From assembly GCF_000143415.4 (NCBI RefSeq), contig NW_003314339.1, forward strand, positions 55,751 to 119,750: a stretch of DNA of 64,000 bases, written 5' to 3'. Each line of letters starts with the position of its first letter. Position 1 is the stretch's first letter. Below, piece after piece: positions 24,801 through 37,167 of the stretch. A model generated the notes under the pieces. The model saw only the letters and a list, made by a program, of their open reading frames with translations, ran no database searches and was not told the DNA's origin. Made by a program: the position numbers and the translations under genes. Source of the stretch: Selaginella moellendorffii. Lineage: Eukaryota > Plantae > Lycopodiophyta.

Positions 24801-25864
24801 GTGCACTCTTATTTCTAGACCCTTTCCCTCTATATTTAAATCTTATAGATCATTTTCTAAGTTGTTATTTTTATTTACAATCTACCACACTTCCTTATAA
24901 ATTCACATACTTGTGAATGGACACTTAGATCTTGAGAGCCTTGCTCTCTTAACAACTTATCTGACCACTAGATATCATTCTCAATATATGGCATGATTCC
25001 TTTAACCAATCAATAAAATTGAATTTGAGACCCCTCTAATACCACAACATATTAATTCCCCTAAATAATTAATAGAGTTGAATCTAAAACCCTTTTAATA
25101 CCAAATATAATCTCTTGAATTTAGACTTTCTAAGAGGTCACCTAGCTCAATACTATACAAACTAAAAACACTTAATCTCAAATTTTCCAAAACCTTTAAT
25201 CAATTATAAAAGGGGGTGCACGTTGCCCTTTCCCTTTATATTTCTCTCAAGTCCTTTTCTTTAATTGATTACAAAGATAAATATATTAATTATAATAGTG
25301 TAGCATATAGACCATCTAATTTAGATTAAATATAATTTTTATATATAAATATAGGTCTTTACCCTAATTAAGTTATCTATTCTATATCATAAGAAAAATA
25401 TTTTTAAGAAAATAATTTATTTACCATTCAATTAGAGATCTAAAAAAGTCTATAAATAATATATATACTGTATTTATGTAATAAATTATATAAATAATCT
25501 TCTACTTTGAACTCTCCAGAAATTATATTTATTATGATTGATAAAGAATAATGAAAGGTTACTATCATAGAAAATATTCATAAGTGATTATGCCTAATTA
25601 AATCTAATTTATCCATTCAAACTCTAACAATAGTTAGGCCCAAGCACAATAGTGTTTGGTGTTGCAAAAAGCACCCATGATGATGGAGTGACCCACTTGA
25701 CCCACTTGAGCATTAAATAAAGGGTTCTAAATTACTTTAGTCTTGGTCGCAAATATGATATGTGGGCTAGAGTGAACTTAAGAAGGCATAGACTCTTCTT
25801 CCTTAAGTAAACTCTTTAGTGGCAAACAGATAGAGATATTTTAGGAAACAAAATAGATTGTGCT

Positions 25865-26058
25865 TATAAGCTCTTGAATTTGGACTTCCTGGAAGATTAC
25901 TCAACACAATATTATTTAAATCCAAGGACACTTAATCCCAAATATCCCAAAACCTTTAACCAATTAAAAAAAGGCTTCAATTTTGTTCATGGGCCCTTTT
26001 CTTTTATATTTGAACCTTTATGGACCATCTTTTAAGTTGTTCTCTTTTGTTGTTTATA
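25865..26058 (+). repeat. Decayed copy of ~180-bp mini-LTR repeat (others ~6243-6390, ~8073-8240, ~24740-24880, ~25110-25273, 55327-55507)
   Basis: Shared TAAGCTCTTGAATTTRGACTTC...CACTTAAYCC..AATAT..CAAAACCTTTAA...TATATTTAAACC...GCTTATA. Confidence 0.75.
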
Positions 26059-26237
26059 ATGCTAAAGTATATTTTTTGTAAATGGATTTGTTTAAAAATG
26101 TATTTTACTATGTAAGGAAATTAATTTTAAATAGAAAGGATAATCCTTATAAATTTATTTTTATTATTAAAATAAATTGTTTTATATATTTTTTTAAAGG
26201 GAAAATATAAATATAAATTTAGATACAAATATTTTAA

Positions 26238-26238
<1 letters not shown>

Positions 26239-26306
<68 letters not shown>
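26239..26306. repeat. (TA)n microsatellite
   Basis: Directly visible. Confidence 1.
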
Positions 26307-26312
<6 letters not shown>

Positions 26313-27479
26313 GAATATTAGGAATATTTTATAACCGTTATATTCACTATATTAATCTTAGAGCAGGTAAGAAATAATTTTTTATTACAACCTAATGCTA
26401 TTGTAAACTAACCTGTAAACTGATATCTAATGACAAAATATATTAGGAAAATAATTGGTTGCTAATGAAGAACAAGAGTTGTAACTAGGTAAATGAAATA
26501 TTTTGTTAAATGAATTTCATTTGAAAGTTGAAAGTATAGAAGTATATGTTGAGATTCTAAAGTATAAAAGAGAGGAAAAACAACACATAAAACAGTGATT
26601 TCTACTTGTTAAGAAACACACTACTTACAGAATATCATTGTGCTTAAAAGCCCCTATCTCTGCTCAAGGGTGATGGATTCCACTAGTCAGGCATTATGTA
26701 GCAACTTTTGGTATGGAGACCATTGTCCACATCATGACTGGATAAGTGTTTGCATAGAGCAAAGGGATATGGAAGATAAACCAGTTCCTTAACACATGGG
26801 AAAGGGCATTGCTGCCAAGAATGAAGAAGAAGCTGGAAATCCTAAAACGTAAGGCTCTAGTTGTTAGGCTTGGGTCTGACTTATGGCTGCATTGTCTCTC
26901 TACTTTTGGATTTGGATTCTCAATTTTGCAGCTATGTAAGATTGAAATGAGACTCAAACGATCTCCAGCCTTATAACTTGTGGACTATGCTTGTTGTTTA
27001 TGTGTAAAGCTTAGCTTTAGTGTTTCAAGTATCAAGACAACTACTAACTACCAGGCCACCTAAAAGATTCTAAAGAGCTGGATGAGATAAGTAGATAGAA
27101 AAAAAAGTTTTTCAAAACTTTTAGCCCTCTTCACAAAGGTTTATCCTTCCCATCATTTCTTAATCATCTCCTTTTATCCTAAAACATTTTTTCTCCAAAG
27201 GAGGGGTTAATAAAAATGGAGAGATTATGTGAACAAAACTAATGTAATGTAATAATTATTATTTCAAATAGGATCATAAAATAATACATGAAAGTTCCTA
27301 ATATTATTTTATTATAATGCTTTTCCAACTAAAATTGAGATTAGCTAATATTTCTTTAGTAACATATTATATAAAATATATATTATATTATTATTTTAGA
27401 AGTTTACTAATTATTAGTTGACTTGATTAAATAATGAAGTCATTATAAATAAAACTTACACCTTACAGATAAGTAAGGA

Positions 27480-28359
27480 ATGGGTAAATTCATATTATTT
27501 GCTGTGTTTTCTTTAAATTTTAATTTTTGCCTATCTATACAATTTGAGCATGCTAATTCTCTTGCAATCTCAATTCTTAAAGCAAGATTCATAATAAACA
27601 GAATTCAAGAAATAACTAGAGAAATGTTTTATGATAGAGAAAGATATGAACGTGGTGTAAGATATAGTTCAATCTTTCCAATAGCTTATAATCAAAGAGG
27701 ATTGCTTACAGTTCATATTCATAACCATAATCGTGGAATAGCTGGTGGAACTTGTACTGCAAACCCAAGTAATATAAATACTGTATATTATGAAAAATTC
27801 AATATTATTACTAGAAACATATTGTCCAAGCTATTTTAAAGCAAGTACAGTTGGATATGCAATAGAATTTCTAATTAAAGATAGGCTATATGATAATAGT
27901 TATGAAAGTAATGTTGTTATAGTTTCAAATAGTTATTCTTTATATGATGAAGATATATATTGTAATTCAATAATTACAACCACATTATTTAGTTGGTGGC
28001 CTCATAATATACTTGAGGCAGAACAATCATTATATTCTCCAGATCATAATTTTAAGTTAACAATGCAAAAAGATTGTAACTTAGTTCTTTATTATGGTAA
28101 TAATCCAAAATGGACATCTAATACATATAAAAAGGGGTTAAATTGTCATCTCATATTGCAATACGATGGAAATCTTGTAATTTATAATAGTTTAGAGAGT
28201 GTTTGGCATAGTAACTCTTATTGTGGAGTTGAAGGATGTTTAAGACCATCATTTTTATCTATGCAGAATGACTGTAATTTAGTGCTTTACACTATACCTT
28301 TGTCTAGGAATGATCATGTAGCTCCTTCATGGTCTTCAAGTTCAATCAATTGTATTTAA
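27480..28359 (+). pseudogene. Secreted protein: unknown N-domain + bulb-type (GNA) mannose-binding lectin; single frameshift near 27835
   Basis: Signal peptide MGKFILFAVFSLNFNFCLS; three QxDxNxVxY motifs (QKDCNLVLY, QYDGNLVIY, QNDCNLVLY). The two ORFs join if one T is removed from CTATTTTAAA. Confidence 0.85.
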
Positions 28360-28675
28360 ATCTTGATACACTTTAAATTTTGAATAAAATCTATAATGTA
28401 CACAACACACGACACAATGGTACTACAAGGCTTCTAGAGATGCCCAATGAGAGAACTGGCAGCTTGAAAGACGATCATCCATGGTCATATCCACACGCAC
28501 AGCACGGAAGAAGCTATGAAGCCCGTCTATTTTGATGCCAAGCAGAAACATGATTGCATAAATGTTTGAGCCGGATTTCATACCGTACGCAAAGCTTTCC
28601 AATCAAACTTCATACACGCGACAATTTCCATAGTTATTTGTTTGACCAAGGTGAAAGTGGAACACTCTTTGCTTT

Positions 28676-29559
28676 TCACCTCTTGGGATTGTACGGACAG
28701 GTAAGCTGCGTCAGCAGCTGCGAAGGGTCATAGAATACCTCCAGTCTTCCTATCTTGAGCTCATCGTTCACCTATTTCGAGTGAGGGGAAAAAGAGAGAA
28801 AAGTTACTGACGTGACATGGTAAAGTTTTTTTTTTACCTCTGCTATTGCGATTCCAAACATCTCCGCGGTCTTGCCATTGAGATTGTGTTCTTTAAAACT
28901 ACCTTCCATTTTTCCCCAGTGCCTCCACTTGAACGCGACTGTGGGAGGCCCGGAGAAAACCTCAAGAACTTCCCACGCAAATCCATTGGGAAAAACTCCA
29001 CGAAATATCTCGTGAGACGATTCGAAAGTCTCCTGCGAGGATTTGTAGAGCGGAGGATTGTTTGCTCCTCCATGTTCTAAGCTTGCGAGCAGCGCATTGT
29101 AGCTTCCAGTGCGAAGAAGCTCCTCGCCAGTCATGGCTTTACCTCCTGGATCATAGATTTACGGGGTAGCAAATCACAAGAACAAGAACAATGGTTACCA
29201 TTGACGGAGAAAGAGAAATTTTCAGCATCGATGCTCTTGAAATCCTTGATTCTTGTCTTGTGGGTCAGCTCCATCTCCCATGTCTTGACTAGATGCTGGA
29301 CTGTCTCCTCCAGAGACCCAGGCTTCCAATCCTGCGTGAACAGCGTGATTGATCAATCAAACGATTTTTCTCCATGGACATCTCATATATCTCTCACCTT
29401 GGTTCGCCCGGATCGGAATGTGCGATTGACAAGATCATACTCTGGCGCTTCCCCGAGCCTCCACACGGTATCCTTCTCGGTATCTCCATGCAAGAAGCTG
29501 CGATACTCGTCCCCCTTCTCGAGCTCCAAGTCTTTCACGCTCGAAGCGATTTCTTCCAT
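28676..29559 (-). CDS. Pathogen-related protein (PRP family), 4 exons: 29559-29398, 29331-29199, 29145-28838, 28771-28676; 232 aa
   Basis: GT-AG introns give a continuous frame with YRSFL, WRLGEAPEYDLVN, LVKTWEMELTHK, GSYNALL, FPNGFAWEVLEVFSGPP, FKWRHWG, EVFYDP. Confidence 0.92.
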
Positions 29560-29994
29560 AGTTCTAAATTTCCCCTTTACTCTTTTGAAAGAAGTCGGTC
29601 AGTAAGCTTAAAACATAACGTCCTGCCATCATTGTTTGACTTTATAGATCATGGTTAATCGCAAAAATCATACTTATTCAAAGTGAAATTGATTGAATGT
29701 CACATCATAGCCTTGACAAAGTATTGCATTTACAATTGTATTGCTTTCTGAGATCGCATTAAGCTCGCGGTCAAGCCAAGTGCCCAGTGTATAATAATTT
29801 TATAGTAACATAGTAATTTTTTTCTATACTTGGATTTTGGTGAAGCAATTTGCAAATGATTTAAATTTCAAAAGCCAAATTCATGCAAAATATCGTACTC
29901 CTATGACTTGTTTGGATGGAAACTTATGATTTTTCATTTACATGCATGGATTTTCCATGTCCAGAATGATTACCATGCTCATTGTCAAGTCCTA

Positions 29995-30095
29995 GATTCT
30001 CAGTACTCATCCCCTATTCACTTAAGAGCTCCAAGTCTTTCATGTTCAACTTCAATGCTTCTAAAATTTATCCCTTTGAAAGAAGCTGGGCAGTA
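29995..30095 (-). pseudogene. Decayed fragment duplicating the PRP start region
   Basis: TACTCATCCCC...GAGCTCCAAGTCTTTCA...TTTGAAAGAAG..GGCAGTA parallels 29504-29604. Confidence 0.6.
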
Positions 30096-31827
30096 TGTAG
30101 CTACATATGGGGGTAAATCTTTGTTATATTTTGTTTATGAGTATTCTAAGTCTAATCAATAGTTAAATTTTCAAATTATATAATCGTTAGTCTTCTTTTA
30201 CCTATTCTACCATCCTTTCTTAATATGCTAGATCTTTACAGGCCCAATATGTTTTGGGGGCATAGACCACTACTTTCTCGGTCCCTTGACTCTGATTTAC
30301 TTTATCACCTTGGTGGGGTCATAGCTACTTCGAGACAAAGAATGTCTTTAAAAATTACCAAGGAAAAAAACGATTGCGCTATTGACAAAAGAAGCAATGA
30401 GAAGTCTGGTGTCGAATCTCTTATGCATCAACACTATCAATTTCTGACATGATGGAGATCACTCCCCATAGAATAGCACCAAGGGATTTAGATAAGCTGC
30501 CTGAATGATTGTCTCTGCTATTGGCTGTCGATGTCTTCTGCTGTCTCCACCTCTTGACTTTTAGGGCTAAAACAATTAAGTTGGATAGAGTGTAGAGTCA
30601 GTATAGAAAACTGACTTGCATTTTTCTATAAAGGCGACCCTTGTATCTTTCTTTGTAACATTATGTTTGGTGGCAGGTTGCATTCTGCATTTTATTAGAC
30701 TTTGTGAGAGTAATGAGCTCTCACTAGGTTTGATAACCTTGTGCCTTGACTGAGGATAGTGATATTTAACTTAGTTGTTTAAAGTTGAGATGTTAGTACC
30801 TGTATTATAACTTTGTCTATAAGGAAGTTGTGTACCATATAAGTTTATCTCATAGTCTTTATTTTAATTTTGACTAAGTGTTGGTCATGTATAACTAGCC
30901 TTTTCAAGGTATGCTTAGAAATGTTAGCTAAATGTATTAATGAGCTTATTGTTGTATGATTAGATTCAAGTAGTCATTTAGTTTATACTTATCCATATTC
31001 TTATATCTTGTATTTAGGGTGTTACCTTATTGTTAGACAAATATATAACTTGAAAACATAAGTTTAGTGTTTGGATATTGTGAAAGGTAAATTGAAAAAT
31101 GACTAGTGATTGCTTGTAAATTTCATCGAGGACTATTAACACTTGTTTCACTCAATGATGATTTAGTAGTGATATACTTGCTTTTGTAGAGGATTGTATT
31201 ATTAGACTTATATGATTTTTCCATATTGGCATATTAACTCTACCTCTGTCAATATCATTTTAGTTGCGTTTAGTCTGTAATGTTGAATTACATTGAGCTT
31301 TGGACATAATGAATCACTCCTTGATGATGTGTTATTTGTAATTGAGTATTATTAAAAGATTATTTTCAGATATTAATTAAAGTATCCTTGATTTTGATTA
31401 ATTTGGTTGCTAAAGAGCCTTGAGTGGTAATTCATTTTTGTTTTCTTTTAGCTTTGTTTTGACATTGATGGCATTGAAGTGATGCCCTGTTATTGACATT
31501 GTTGATATTGAGATTCGAGTGAAATGAAATGTCTCTCTATAAGATTGATATTAAATTTTATTAGTCTCAATATAGATAGTGTTAATGATTTGGCTGTAAC
31601 TTTGTGTTAGTAGCATTCATGCATTTGCTAGTTAACAACTATATTAATGTTCAAATGAGCTTAGTAGCAAGTTAATTTAGTTGTGTTCTAGATGAAATTA
31701 TTTAGTAGGAGTCAAGCTTTGAGCTTTTCCTTTAAAAATGATTTAGTCATAGACTATGCTAACTTTACAAAAGAAAGAGTTAGTGATCGACATTAAAGAT
31801 GTTAATTCCTTATTGGATTTGAGTTAG

Positions 31828-32010
31828 TGTAGCACACATGGTTTTTACCCTTTATTATATAGTGATTTACTATAGAATAATCATTAAGCAGAACCTAAAC
31901 ACTCTATGTGCCACATGTCACATGCCACGTGCCAGAGGTTTAAATTCTGCTTTGTGGTTATCCTATGGTAAATCACTATAGGATAAAGGGTAAAAACCAT
32001 GTGTGCTACA
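31828..32010. mobile_element. Near-palindromic MITE, TGT...ACA ends, probable 5-bp TSD; half copy at ~34573-34664
   Basis: First 28 bp are a perfect IR (TGTAGCACACATGGTTTTTACCCTTTAT), imperfect to ~75 bp; flanks GTTAG/GTTAT. Confidence 0.85.
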
Positions 32011-33399
32011 GTTATGATATATTAATCATAAATGATTCTTTTTACACTTTTTATGAAATAAGTTACATTTTATTATGCATAAATGGATTTATGGAGGATT
32101 TTTTTGGTGGTCATTTATTAAGCATAGCTTTGTTGTGCTTAGCTTTTGGATTGATGTAAAAATGCTCTTCATTAGTTTTACATTATGAAGTTTAGCTTAT
32201 ATATATGTTGAGGAGGATATTGTGCGTTACTTCTTTACATTGAATTTAATTTATATAAAACTTATAATCATTGTTAGGTAAAATTTGGCTATAAGTCTTT
32301 TCAACCTTTTGGTCCTTTGAGTTTTATATTCATTGTTCCATTTATTAAAAGTTGTTGGGGAATGCATTTTTGGCTTATTAGCTTCAATATTGAAGTTAAT
32401 ATTTACATATGATAATAATTAGTGATAATTAATTATCATTTAAAATAATTAATTATCTTTGTCAAAGGTTTTGCTTGATTATTGTTGATTTAGAATAATT
32501 TATTGTTCTTTGAGATGGTAAATTCTTTTTTTGGCAATAATTATGCATCTCTTTGTTAATGGGATGATTGATAATCTTTCATGATAGTTAGTTATTTTCT
32601 TTGATGGCTTTTGGCTTTTCACATTACCACATATTCTTTATAGTTTGGTTTGGTTTGGTCTTTTGGGTTTGAGATATTGGTAAAATGTTGCTAATGCTTG
32701 CTTAAGCAACTTGAGTTCCTTCGTATTATTGACCAAAACTTATTTAGGTTGGCTAATGTGATAGTTGGCATGAATGAGTGTTTGTTGGTCTTGCCACATT
32801 TATTTTGTATTATTAATTATTGTTATGCTTAGTTTTGATAAATTGGATGTTATTTCCTTTGAATGATACATTCACAAGCATTTTACTTACCAATCGATAA
32901 TACTTTCTGTTCTTTGAGTTATTTTACATAAGTTATTTAGTATACTATTTGCAATCTTTGATAGTTAAGTTTTATTATTGAGTTTTCTTAATGATATACT
33001 AGGTATTGAATTTTGTTCGATAGTGATGATGATCTTGGTGGTTCTTGTACTTTAATACTAGTTTATTGGATCATAACTTACTTGGAAAACTTTTAATCTA
33101 AGATTTATTCATTGATACTTAAGTTTTTAAGATATCATTATCTATGATTTTGATATTATCCATCTCTTAATCTTTCCGTTTGAAAGTAGACTGGCTTTGG
33201 CATTTTGTATGCTTTATGAAATCTTTAATCATGGGGTAGCTACTATTGGCTGGTCATATCATCTGCCTCTCTGTTAATATTCGTTATTTCATTAAAAGGG
33301 TATGACCATGTAAACAACTCTAATTACCTATTTACAGTAGTCTATCTAAACCTTACTAACTAATTTGGTTTCTTCGCTCATGAAGGTTGAGCTTCTCTC

Positions 33400-33900
33400 T
33401 TTATATCACCTGTGGGCAGGGACATATCACGTTTTTGTAAGCTGGGTAACACTAGAGTAGCAAGGGTGGCTAACTCCGTTGGTCATTTCCTTATCAATGA
33501 TGACCAAAAGGTGTCTGAATTTATAGTGCATTTGTGTTAGATAGCAAGATTACCCTAAATCATTTACGTTAGTGCATTTCTTATATAATGTGATCACTAT
33601 GAAATTTTTCTAAAGCTATTTCCTTGGCAATGGCCTAGGCTAGAGTGTGCATCAATGAAAATGTTGATCTTCTCTAGGGTAGGGGGGGGTGGAAAAATGT
33701 CACAAATATAACTATAGGTATTGAAAGTTACTTGCCAACTAGTCTTTTTAGATATTTTTTCCTTACTACCATGATAACAAAAGGTTGGTATTGTTAGTTC
33801 CTTTTTCAGCTCCTTTTGTTCAAGTGTTAGTAAATTAAGCTTAAATTCTGGGCTTAGATTCTGTTCTTAGCCAGATGAATATAAGGTAGGAACTTTTATG
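33400..33900 (+). mobile_element. Very degenerate LTR-retrotransposon coding relics
   Basis: ITCGQGHI (zinc-knuckle-like, ~33404) and GLDSVLSQ (Gypsy RNase H GlGavLsQ-like, ~33851). Confidence 0.3.
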
Positions 33901-35156
33901 CATTTCTTGTTGAGCATACTCGGTTTGGCTTTAGTTCTCTTTTGCATTATATTGCAGTGGCTTGACAAAAACCCCCTCATATTTAGATTAATCTCTCAAT
34001 ATCGCTAAATGATAGCTTATCGTGTCTACTAAACACCATTACTATTATACCTTATATGTTAGTCCTATTCAATCCTAATTACTATTTATGGAAGGTGGGG
34101 AGGGGTTGTGGGGGATTTCAAATGTATAGTAGGGATAATGAGTAGGTCAAGCATAACCAACCAACCTGAAGTATAGTATATCTTTCATTTGCATGCATAT
34201 CTTTGTTTTATATGTAGCTTGGGTCTAAACCCAAGTTCCACACCATGCTAATTGGTGGAGTACTTATATCCTCACATTAGGCCACCGATATGGAATACCC
34301 ATATCCTTACATGAGGCCATTAGTATACTAAAATAGTGCCAGATTTCATTTGCTCCGTTTTGCATGTTAGTCCTAGCATTAGGATGTCGGATGCTTTAGA
34401 ACTATTTTAAGTTGCTCCATACTCTTGTCTCTTCACTCATTAAGCTATACAGTTGAGAGTCACTTTATGCTCTAATTCCTTTGCTCCTTCACTCCTTGCT
34501 TAAGAATTTGGCTCTATTCTTTCATTTAGTGGCCCAAGGCCCTAAAATTTGGATTTCACTCCAATGTCCTTGGACATGTGGCATATAAAGTGTTTAAGTT
34601 CTACTTTATGGTTAACCTATAATAAATTACCATAGGATAAAGAGTGAAAACCACATACACTACACTCACTTATTTTGCATCACAATTAAATTGCCATTTT
34701 GCTTAGTTCATAAGCTAGAGTGCAAAACACTAGTTCTTTCAGACGGAGTTGTGCATAGGGAATGTCTCTAATCCAATAGTGTTACTGGAGTCTGATCTCT
34801 AGCCATTGGAATGACTTCCATGGAAGTGTGTTATTGTCCAAGCTCTCTATATGAATAAATGTTAATTACACTTCATTTTTAGCTTGCTGGAGTGGTAGTG
34901 AATATACCTATAAAATATTTAAAATTTCTTAAATATTTATTTATAATTTTAAACTTAAACCCTAAAATACTATTTTTTATTCTTATATAATTTTATTTTT
35001 ATAAATAATTATAATTATTGATTAATTGGATTCATAAATAATACTAAAATAAGAATTAAGTAAAATAAGCATTATTTATAAACTAATATTTATTATATCC
35101 CAAGGAAGGAATGGTGGTAAAGGTTTCTTAGGGCAGCTGGCATAAGGTTATTTAAG

Positions 35157-35256
35157 NNNNNNNNNNNNNNNNNNNNNNNNNNNNNNNNNNNNNNNNNNNN
35201 NNNNNNNNNNNNNNNNNNNNNNNNNNNNNNNNNNNNNNNNNNNNNNNNNNNNNNNN
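35157..35256. other. Assembly gap
   Basis: Run of N. Confidence 1.
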
Positions 35257-35727
35257 TACTTTATTTTATTTTTTTTCTTTCATAAATATTTTATATATAG
35301 GTATAAAATTCCAAAGAAACAAGGCTGGTGGGTTGATTGCAAAAAGCTGGACATTGTGGCTCAAGATCCACTGGATAACTGGTGGATGGTGCAAGTGTGA
35401 AGTACATCATTGCTCATGGAGCAAAGTTGCTGTTTTTAAAACATATGACCACAAGCAATGGAAAGGCTTCAAAAAAAAACAGCTATAAACTAGTGGTTGA
35501 AGTTTGTTGGCACTTATTTCTTTTGTTTTATTGGCATTGTCTCTTAAAAGTCAAAGCAGTAACTATTGCATTTTAACTTTATTATTTTGGTTTTCCTCAC
35601 TTTTCCTCATTTTATACTCATTACATTAAGTAATTTATCTTTTTTGACTTTTGATTACTTAAAATGAAAATGTAAATAACTACATAAAGCAATAGCATAT
35701 AAATTCAAATCATTCTCCTTTGTGAAG

Positions 35728-36603
35728 ATGAAGTTCATTTCAGCACTTCTTTTCTATTTTAGTGTTGTTCAAGCCATGTGCTGGGAATTCTCTGACCAGC
35801 ACAATGCTATAACACCAGCTGATGTCAATATGGTTCTAGATGCAGTGATTGATAATCTGATTATGTTCGGCGATGATACTTACTATGAAAGGGGACGCAC
35901 TTATGTTGATCAAATCACTGTGACAAATAACGTTGTGATCGACATCGTCATCTTGGCTTAGCATACAGGCCCGAATCTGGATTTCTGCCATGTCAATCCA
36001 GGTAACACCATCAGCGTGAGAGGCCTTGTTATCAAAGCGATCATCCAATCCTTAGTAATGTATACAAGAGGTCAAATGCAAGTTTTTCTAGCGAGCAGCA
36101 TGCTTGCAGTCTCCGAGATGTTTGGAGTCCAATATTGCATAGCACCAAATCAACAGATGGGAACACTTCACAGCCAAACGAAGATTCTACTTGGAAGCAA
36201 TCGAGGTGATTGCCAAGCGAAATTGACAACGCTGGACGACATCTTCTACAATGGTCTTTGTCGAAATTTTGAGCTTCAGTCCCCGAATTTGATCTACACA
36301 TTCATGCTCCAGGATGATTGTAGCTTGTCTTTGAATGAGGCCGGCCGAAGGCAAGTTTGGACGAATGGGGTGTGCGGGAGAGGAGTCGATTGCTATCTCA
36401 CAGTCGAACTTAATGGGAACATGGTTGTCAAAGAAACCCCAAGTCAGGCTGTTATATGGTCACTAGATAGGTTCTGTGATGGACCATGCTATGCATTTGT
36501 GACCATGCAAAGAGATAGAAATGTGGTGCTCTATCATGTGTTTAAGTCCAGCCCAGGTAAACTTTATGCTGCTTGGGCCACAAACACTGTGAAAAAAATT
36601 TAA
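35728..36603 (+). pseudogene. Secreted unknown-domain + bulb-type lectin paralogue, one in-frame TAG at 35959-35961
   Basis: Signal peptide MKFISALLFYFSVVQA; the same frame continues HTGPNLDFCHVNPGN after the stop; lectin motifs MLQDDCSL, ELNGNMVV, MQRDRNVVLY. Confidence 0.88.
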
Positions 36604-37167
36604 AATAAAAGGTCGGCATTAGTCGAAATCTATCTATGGTGCCCATCTTGAAGCATGAAACTGATGGATGTATAAATGCAGTTTGGATTATTAGTGCTGT
36701 GTTGTCGGCGTCCTTGTTGCTGTTGCACTCACTGGCCCAGCCTACTCATTGTCTCGCTCAAGGTCCTTCATGATTATCGCCTTCATCAGATATGCTCCAC
36801 ATATGGGGTGATGTACACGCTCTTTAGGGTTCTTGGCTATGGTTCAAGAAATCTGGATTGTTAATTGAATTGATATCTAGACTGTCGCTCAATTACAAGC
36901 ATTGAAATCCTACTCACTTCTGCTGCTCACTAGCTCTATAAAAGAAAGATTACATCATAAAAAGAGGATCCAGCTTACCTCCTGGTAGAAATGCCAAAGC
37001 TCCTGGAAGCTCATACAATCACTTCTCTCACAAGCTTTTACATATCGAAGGAAAGCACTTGCAGTCTTTAGGGTGCCAAGTAAGTTTTAGAATATGCTTC
37101 GTGTCCACTGAAATGCTCCACTCTTATACTTTTAAGCGCTTTACGAGACAGTATCACGAGACATTCT

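Noticed and set aside
26690-26760. SWIM-like CSNFWYGDHCPH (MULE transposase relic)
   Set aside because: Too short, with no other supporting motifs.
29201-29658. Plus-strand ORFs over PRP (likewise antisense ORFs over the PPR and dirigent genes)
   Set aside because: Antisense shadows of real coding sequence.
35959-35967. Programmed stop-codon read-through in lectin copy 2
   Set aside because: Context TAG CAT ACA does not match the UAG-CAR-YYA motif, and the paralogue has a sense codon there; simple nonsense mutation or error is more likely.
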